64,000 nucleotides of DNA from the NCBI RefSeq assembly GCF_964355755.1, contig NC_092672.1:8928001-8992000 (forward strand), written 5' to 3'. The notes under the pieces are model-generated. The model saw only the letters and a program-made list of their open reading frames with translations. It searched no databases and was not told where the DNA came from. The position numbers and the translations under genes are program-made. Source of the stretch: Antedon mediterranea. Taxonomy: Eukaryota; Animalia; Echinodermata. Shown piece by piece: positions 61,043 to 64,000 of the stretch. The number at the start of each line of letters is the position of its first letter. Positions within the stretch are counted from its first letter, which is position 1.

Positions 61043-64000
61043 ATGTTTTCAAAATTAACACTTTTCATCTCGGCATGCATTTCAGTTATTGTAATTGTAA
61101 GAATACGAATTCACCGTAGGCCTATCTAATAACATCAAACCGATTATGTTACGGTATCATGTCTTGTAACAATAATAATTCTTCAGTATCGTGTCTGCTG
61201 ACAGCAACAGTAACATACCATAAGATTATAATTTAAATACTCAATCAGTAAATATTTTCATGAGGACGTAAACGCAACGCAAGCGTTTTAACCAATGACA
61301 AGCGAAGTTATAGACAGTTAGCAATCACAAGCGAATAAGCCATCGCTTGTGATTGGTCAATTCACTTGCGTTGCGTTACGTCCTTGCGTTGCGTCGCTAG
61401 TGGGAACCACGCTTAACTGTCTATAACTTTGCTTGTCATTGGTTAAAACGCTTGCCTTGCGTTTACGTCCTTGCGTTACGTTCTAGTGGGAATCAAGCTT
61501 TAAAAAAGATAAACATAGCCAACAGTAGGTATTTATATTTTAGTTTTTATACGACCTCTTACACGAACTTTCTGCGCCCGCACCTTTTATCATTTTAAAA
61601 TCGCATAGCCCTGGTAAAAAGCACACACTGGGATAATGTAGGCTAAATAGTGTAGACGATAACAATTCAATTAAAGAACGTATAATCTAATACTCATGTT
61701 TTTTAGACTACATACACGTGGTCAACCCTAACCGTATATACTAAACGACCGTTGATGTTTTCATACCGGGACCATCTTAAAGCACAGGTAATTATCATGC
61801 GGCACCGTATGTTCATGTTTTATGGGAAGTTTAGATTCAAAATCGATTCCTAAATAAGAAAACAACTATATACACTATTTGAGGTATTGGTTGAAAAATA
61901 TTATAAATTATCACTAAGGCCTATTAGTCGATTCTTAATTTCAATCTCATATCATTGATGAACATTAAATATAGATAAACTGTTGGAATATTAGTAAATC
62001 AACTTTCTTTCTTTCTTTACCCATAAATATAAATTATAAACATTGTAACATACAAATAATAATAATAATTATTATATTAAGGGAAGGGCTAAAAAAAATA
62101 GTTAAAACTAATCAAGTTCAGCCCCTAAACATTGAATATAAGCCAAATAAAATCAATCGAACATAACAAGGTAAGTATCGAATGAACCAATTTTAATGAC
62201 AAGATTAGGACTAATCGTAAGGTGATTGAAAATGTTTCCATTTTTTTCAGTCGATTCAAGATAACTTTATTATTAATTCAAACATATCAAAAGACTTTAT
62301 CCGAAAGGCAAGTCAAACAGTACAGAATACTGATAATACGAGTATACAAGCACAAACAAACTCAGGAGGTATGATTGATGTAATGAGATCATCTATTGGT
62401 TTGAAGAATCCAGACAGAACTGTTAAAGTTGGTGATTTCTTTAGTGTAATAATCCAGGCACGTGATCAGTATGGTCAGAACTGCAAAGGAGGTGATTTTT
62501 TCTTTGCAACTATTGGATCTGAAAGCAAAAACGCCTCGGGAAAAATAACCGACTTCAAAAACGGTACATATGAGGTGTTGTTCTTCGCCGGTTGGCCTGG
62601 TGTCATCGACATTTACATTACGCTTGTTCACCCATCAGAAGCAGTGAATTTTATTGAACAGGAAATATGGCCTTTGGAGAAAAGGATTGTATGGAAAGGA
62701 ATTTTTGGAAAAAATAAATCCGAAACAACAAAATGTAGTCTTGGTAATAGCAGAGATGAACACATAAATGAATGCAAGTATGTTCAGCCACTGGCCACGG
62801 GAGAGACTGCGTTGTATTGTGATAAACCAAAGCACGCGTCATGTGATAGTTTGAATTGGATTAAGTCAGACACAAACTATGTGAATAGAAAATTTGCCAA
62901 GTTCTATAAACCACACCAATTGATATTCTCTAAGTAAGTATATATTTTTTACATTAATAAACAAATATTAAACAAACATTATGCCAACCGCAAAAATAAT
63001 AGTCCTACACCCAAAAAAAAAAACGGGGAGACCATCAAGCCCTGCCGTTTTTTAGAGTTTGGTTTCTATTCAATAATTTTAATTCGTACTTTGCGAACAT
63101 ACACACAAAAGTGCATCTCAGTAATGTGAATTATATAATAGTAATTACTAACTAACTAACTTTGATTGGATAATACTTTGGCACAAACAAACTACGTCAG
63201 AGTAGGGCAAACATCTTACCTCTGACTTTACTACAGTATAAGCTTCCTGATGCAAAGCTGCTTTACGGTATTTATAAACAATAACTTTTAATTCATATTT
63301 TACAATGTTTACTTTAGGTATGTGACGTATATACGTCTGCTTGAAGGTACGACTTCACTAACAATAAGCAACACAAGTAAGAACAGGGCATTCCACTTTA
63401 TTTCTTTGATGGCCTTGGGTCATTGTAAAACTGCAGTATAGCATAATCACAATAGTTTAGTAATAATGTCAATCTTAATGCACACAACTTTGCGCTCCAC
63501 ATAATTACCCGACCGATTAAACACGCAGCTCCCGTAATTATGAAGCTATAGTAATCAGCGCAATTGTGTTTTACCAGGTACGACATTTTCACCTGAGTTG
63601 AGAAAGGAAAATTAAGCAAAGTGTCTTCCGATGAGCTTTGGCCTCACTCCCGCGATCGCGCGATCAGAAATTCCATCACACACACACACACCCATATATT
63701 CTGCATACAAAAAGAAGAAAATCTGATGATATTTAAATATTTTATTTGTTTTATTTAAGCTATGATGAGTAACATGCTACTACCAGAATGCAAGGCAGAT
63801 TTACCAAAGCCTCGTAGTGACGGGTTCTGGACAAACAATGTATGGACATCATTGCAATGCAAGACAAAACAATGGACAAAACAAGAAGTTTCCAAATGCA
63901 TAAACGGAAAACACATCGTTTTAATGGGTGATTCTACAACAAGACAGTGGACTGAACAGTTGCTGAAGTTTATGGGAGTTACAAGGAGTAAAAACACTAC
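61043..64000 (+). CDS. NXPE family protein, copy 3 (truncated by window end)
   Basis: Exons 61043-61096, 61707-61787, 62251-62933, 63318-63376, 63760->64000. Exons 3-5 are nearly identical to copy 2, and GDSTTRQW is present near the window end. Confidence 0.92.
61263..61500. mobile_element. Family C MITE, rearranged (an inverted left half follows the right end), in NXPE copy 3 intron 1
   Basis: aaccaatgacaagcgaagttatagacagtta ... ctagtgggaaccacgc, followed by taactgtctataactttgcttgtcattggtt ... ctagtgggaatcaagc. Confidence 0.7.

Overview
AT-rich, intron-rich animal genomic DNA from an invertebrate, possibly an echinoderm or other deuterostome (inferred from repeat and gene style, not proven). 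It holds five spliced genes that I assembled exon by exon with consistent splice phases. On the minus strand are UBE4B/UFD2 (26 coding exons, 17521->1233, last exon outside the window) and brambleberry (10 exons, 27270->19407, about 637 aa, one GC-AG intron). On the plus strand is a tandem array of three NXPE-family SGNH/PC-esterase genes (43906-48646, 55317-59336, 61043->window end). The 16-kb interval between brambleberry and the NXPE cluster is a nested transposon pile. It contains a ~10-kb TIR element (33356-43332) sitting exactly between two direct copies of a ~514-bp NXPE upstream region, a Helitron-like insertion, a ~2.9-kb palindrome, a foldback element and a 40-bp satellite. Most notable observations: (1) a 45-bp coding minisatellite giving UBE4B five tandem DSGLxS-Q motifs, which match the beta-TrCP degron; (2) 18-36-bp micro-palindromes flanked by 7-bp direct repeats, which look like P-superfamily excision footprints; (3) the transposon-bounded duplication, where only the distal copy keeps a splice donor; (4) GGCCTAG-rich islands in first introns. 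Most entries in the supplied ORF track are spurious.
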